From the NCBI GenBank assembly GCA_050613775.1, contig JBODTK010000116.1, positions 496,001 to 520,795 on the forward strand: DNA of 24,795 bases, in the 5' to 3' direction. The translations under genes and the position numbers were made by a program. Under the pieces are notes generated by a model. It did not search any database, was not told the origin of the DNA, and was given only the letters and a program-made list of their open reading frames with translations. Every line of letters begins with the position of its first letter. The stretch's first letter is position 1. This DNA is from Neocallimastix sp. 'constans' (taxonomy: Eukaryota). This document shows positions 20,995-24,795 of this stretch, piece by piece.

Positions 20995-21499
20995 ATTAAA
21001 TTAATATTCAATTAAATGATTTATTTTTAATAAGAATTAATATTAATATAAATTGTTTCCATCAATACTTTAACCTAATTTTTAAAAATTTCATCATTTT
21101 TTAATATAATCAATTGATATGGAATGAAACTTTAAATAATAATTAATTAAGAAAAATATATTAAAGCTATATAGATTATTAAATAAAAAAAATTACTAAA
21201 TTGTTAAAATAGTGAAAAATTATTGTAATAAAATTATAAAAATAACTTGTAAAATGTTAAAATGTAATTCTTTAGAAATGTTAAATACTTCAGTAAAAAT
21301 AATTGTTCCTATGAAATTGCCTTAATTTAGAGAATTAATATAAATAGGAATATAAAATATTTATTTAAGAAAATATTACTAATTGTCCAGATAAAATTAG
21401 ATAGTAAAAAGAATAATTAAAGGTTACTAATTAGCCTGTAAAATTAGAAAGTTTAGTAGAGAATTTGTTATTTAATTTCATATTTTTTTTTTTTTTAAA

Positions 21500-21673
21500 A
21501 ATTTTTTACGGATAAGAATATAATTGGTGTACCAAAATCTTTTATACCATATGACTAAATATTGAATCGATAACAGGAAGAATACAAAGTGTTGTGACTA
21601 CCTTAATATTCCCATGTCTTGAGGGGGGCACAGGGCGGAAATAAATAAAAAAAAAAACAAGAAGAATCAATAA

Positions 21674-21704
<31 letters not shown>

Positions 21705-21713
21705 GAAAAAAAA
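21500..21713 (+). mobile_element. Possible 3'-end relic of another retroelement with A-rich tail
   Basis: GC-richer island ending tgaggggggcacagggcggaaataaat, followed by an interrupted A tail. Patchy similarity (ctaccttaa..tattcc..tgaggggg..cag) to 4526-4595. Confidence 0.35.
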
Positions 21714-22891
21714 TGGATGACATATTTTTTTTAAATTAATCATTATTGATTTTATCTGTATTTGATATTATTTAATTCATAATTAAAAAAAAAATAATAG
21801 TAAATAAAAACGAAAATAAAGTTAAAGCCAATTCAGCAATACGCTTTATTTATTTGGGTTAAAAAAATTGATTAAATAATAAATTTATAAAAATTAAAAG
21901 CCATTATAAACATTTTATAAAGTAGAATTATTTCAATTTTATTAAATTAATTTATATTATAATTACTATTAATAATTTATGTAAATATATATTTTTTATT
22001 TTTTAATGATGTTTATGTTTATAATTAATTTGAACTATTTATTTTAGAAATGGCTTTTCCTTTAAATGTTTTTTTTTTTTTTTAATTATAATTATAATTA
22101 TAATTATTGAGTCTTAGAAGTTAAATTTTTTTAAAAGATCCGTTTAGATATGATTAAATAAACTAATTTGTTTCAAAAGTTATTCCTGTTATCTTTTGGC
22201 ATCATTAATAATTGCTTTTATATAAAAAAAAAAAAATCAACAAAAAAAAACTTCAAACTTTAATTTCTTAAAATAAAAATAGTAAAATTAATAAATTAAA
22301 AATAATTTTTTATTTGCTAATTCTTTTAATAATAAAAAAATATATATAATTAATATATATAAATATGGAAATCAATTAATATTATCATTATTTTATAATT
22401 TATTATTTTTTTTGTAATCTTTTTATTATTTATTTTTATGAAGTAAATATTGTATAATTTAATATTTTTTAAATAATAATAATTGATTATAGATATTAAT
22501 AATGTTTATTATTTTTTTTATAACTATTTTTTAAAAAGGTTAAAAAAGTATAAATAGAATTACTTTTGAATTAATTTTCTTTTTAACTACATTAATTAAA
22601 ATTTATTTTATTACACCTTAATTAAATTTTTATTTTATAATTTAAAAAAAGTTAATATAAGTTTATATTTTTTTGAAAAAATATTAAAATAATTAATTAA
22701 AAAAAAAAAAATTTCATTAAAATATATTTTTTAAAGGAGATTTGAATAATTAAAAAAAAGAAAAAAAAAAAAAATTATTAATATACTAAGAAAGAAGATA
22801 ATCATTAATTAACTATAATAAAAAAAAAAAAAGAAAATTAAATAATTTTAAAATGAATTTAATTAATAAATTAAATAAAAAAATTAAAAAT

Positions 22892-23939
22892 ATGAATATC
22901 GATAAAAGAGAAGAGATGAAAGTAGAATTTGAAGAATTATTTGCTCGTTATGTTTCAAAAGATAAATGTTCTGACGTATGTAATGATTTCATTCATATTT
23001 GCATGAGACCTAAAAAAATTGAAACTACTCCTCCTGTATGTTTAATTTGTGTAGTTGATATTTCTGGTTCGATGAGTATAAATTGTGCTGGTAATGTTGA
23101 AAATATGGAATCAGTATATATTTCAAGACTTGAATTAGTTAAGCATTCACTTAAAACTATTGTTTCTACATTAAGAAAAGAAGATATGATATGTATTATT
23201 AAGTTTGATTCAAAAGCTTACATGCAAGTTCGACCAACAATATTAGCAAATAAAAATATAAAAGATGAAGTAATAAATAATCTTAACAAAATGGCTTATT
23301 GTGGTCGTACCAATATATGGGCTGGTATTAAAATGGCAATTGATACTTCTGCTTCTATTTCTTATAAAAATTATCAAAAATCAATTATGGTATTTACTGA
23401 TGGTTATTCTAATGAAAATCCTCGAAAAGGAGTCTATCAAACATTAAAAGAAACTTTAGATAAATGTAATGATAAATTTACTATTTCTACTTTTTCTTTC
23501 GGAAATGATGTTGAATCAGATTTATTAGTAGATATTGCTAAGCTTGGAAATGGAATATATGGATATTGTCCAGATGGAACGATGGTTGGAACGATCTTTA
23601 TTAATTATATGGCTAATCTTTTATCATCCATAACTCCTATTGTTAAAGTTAAAGTTAATCAAGGAGAAGGAAAAAAGAAGTCGAAAAAGACAAAAATCAT
23701 AGGACCATTATATAGAGGAGCATATAGAAATGCTATTTTCGAAATTGATAGTAATTTATTAAATGAAACGAAAATTACAATTGAATTACCAATGTTAAAT
23801 CAAAAATTAGATGTTCCACTTATTACTGAATCACCAGATCTTCAGAAATATATTAATGATATTTCAGAATTTGAAAATAAACAAAACAACAAAAATAATA
23901 AAAATAATAATGATAATAATAATGATAATGGTAATGATA

Positions 23940-23971
<32 letters not shown>

Positions 23972-24795
23972 TTACTTGATGAAGAATTAAGTGAGGATGA
24001 AGATGATGAAACTATTAAGATAGAAGATATTGATCCAGATGCTTTAATTCAAGAAAATGATTTTAAATCAATTGAATATGAAGAAAATTTATTAAATCAA
24101 ATTGTTAGAAATAAATTTATTATGACTCTCAACAATATTATTGGAATTACAAATTTAGGAAATAATGAAGAAGATAGTGAACAAGCAAATAATATTTTAA
24201 ATAATTATATTGAATTTTTAAATCAATTAAAATATAAAACTAAATTTATTAAAAATTTAATTATTGATATTGATAATCCTGATCCAAATCATGGACAAGT
24301 TATGAAAGCCATTATTCCACGTTATTATAAAACATGGGGAAAGTGTTATCTTTGTTCATTTTTAAGATTCCATCAATTTGAACAATGTGGTAATTTCAAA
24401 GATCAATCTTTACAATGTTATTCTAATGAAGTATTTAATGTCCTCAGAAAAATGGCAAATACAATATTTATTAATCTTCCACCACCAAAAACTAAAATAA
24501 TTCAAAATCAAAATGCTAATGGATATAGCAGTGGTAATTCAAATAGTAATGGTGGTAATGTTCAAATGAGTAATTTCATTAATCGTCATGGAGGTTGTTT
24601 TAATGGTGAAGCTGTTGTTTTATTAGCTAATGGTAAAACTAAATTTGTTAAAGATTTGAAGAAAGGAGACCAACTTAATAATAATGCAATTGTTCAATGT
24701 CTTATTGAACAACGTTCAAATAAATATTCAAAAGCATATATGTGTAATATTGATGGAATTCTCTTTACTCCTTATCATCCAATTTGTAAAGATGA
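22892..24795 (+). CDS. VWA-Vwaint-Vint (Hedgehog/intein-like Hint) domain protein, 3'-truncated by the window end (at least 634 codons)
   Basis: Uninterrupted frame from ATG 22892. VWA MIDAS CVVDISGSM (D56, 23057), plus GRTNIWAGI, MVFTDG, TFSFG and YCPDGTMVGTIF. Vwaint-type HGQVMKA..YYKTWGKCYL.S..HQFEQCGNFKDQSLQ.Y..F..LPPP. Hint start GG|CFNG (Cys569, 24596-24598), K.VKDLKKGD, and block-B TPYHP. Confidence 0.92.
23874..24010 (+). repeat. Coding (AAT)n/(GAT)n low-complexity tract giving an Asn-rich then Asp/Glu-rich insert in the VWA-Vint protein
   Basis: (GAT)9 at 23942-23968, preceded by AAT-rich triplets; the frame is preserved. Confidence 0.85.

Noticed and set aside
21130..21480. Loosely recurring ..ttactaa(a)ttg..aaaat.. 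motifs
   Set aside because: No consistent period or unit could be defined by eye in such AT-rich DNA.

Overview
Extremely AT-rich eukaryotic DNA with long A/T and (TAAA)n tracts, intronless ORFs and a CBM18 relic; an anaerobic gut fungus (Neocallimastigomycota) is the likely source, by inference only. Two apparently intact host genes flank the window. One encodes a CBM5/12 chitin-binding domain, a His-rich linker and two DM9 repeats (2982-3794). The other encodes a VWA-Vwaint-Vint (Hint) protein that starts at 22892 and runs off the window end, so it is missing from the ORF track. Between them (about 4500-18420) lies a nest of non-LTR retrotransposons from several related families. Two are near full-length single-ORF elements with a putative N-terminal RRM-like domain, APE endonuclease, RT and a Cys/His zinc knuckle; one carries a single frameshift and the other two nonsense codons. 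They are followed by 5'-truncated pieces stacked head-to-tail, each starting right after the previous poly(A) tail. At about 19700-20780 there is a decayed pseudogene with motifs of the mainly prokaryotic GH18 PF-ChiA-like chitinases plus CBM18 repeats. No rRNA, tRNA or CRISPR was seen. All domain calls come from motif recognition by eye, not from database searches.
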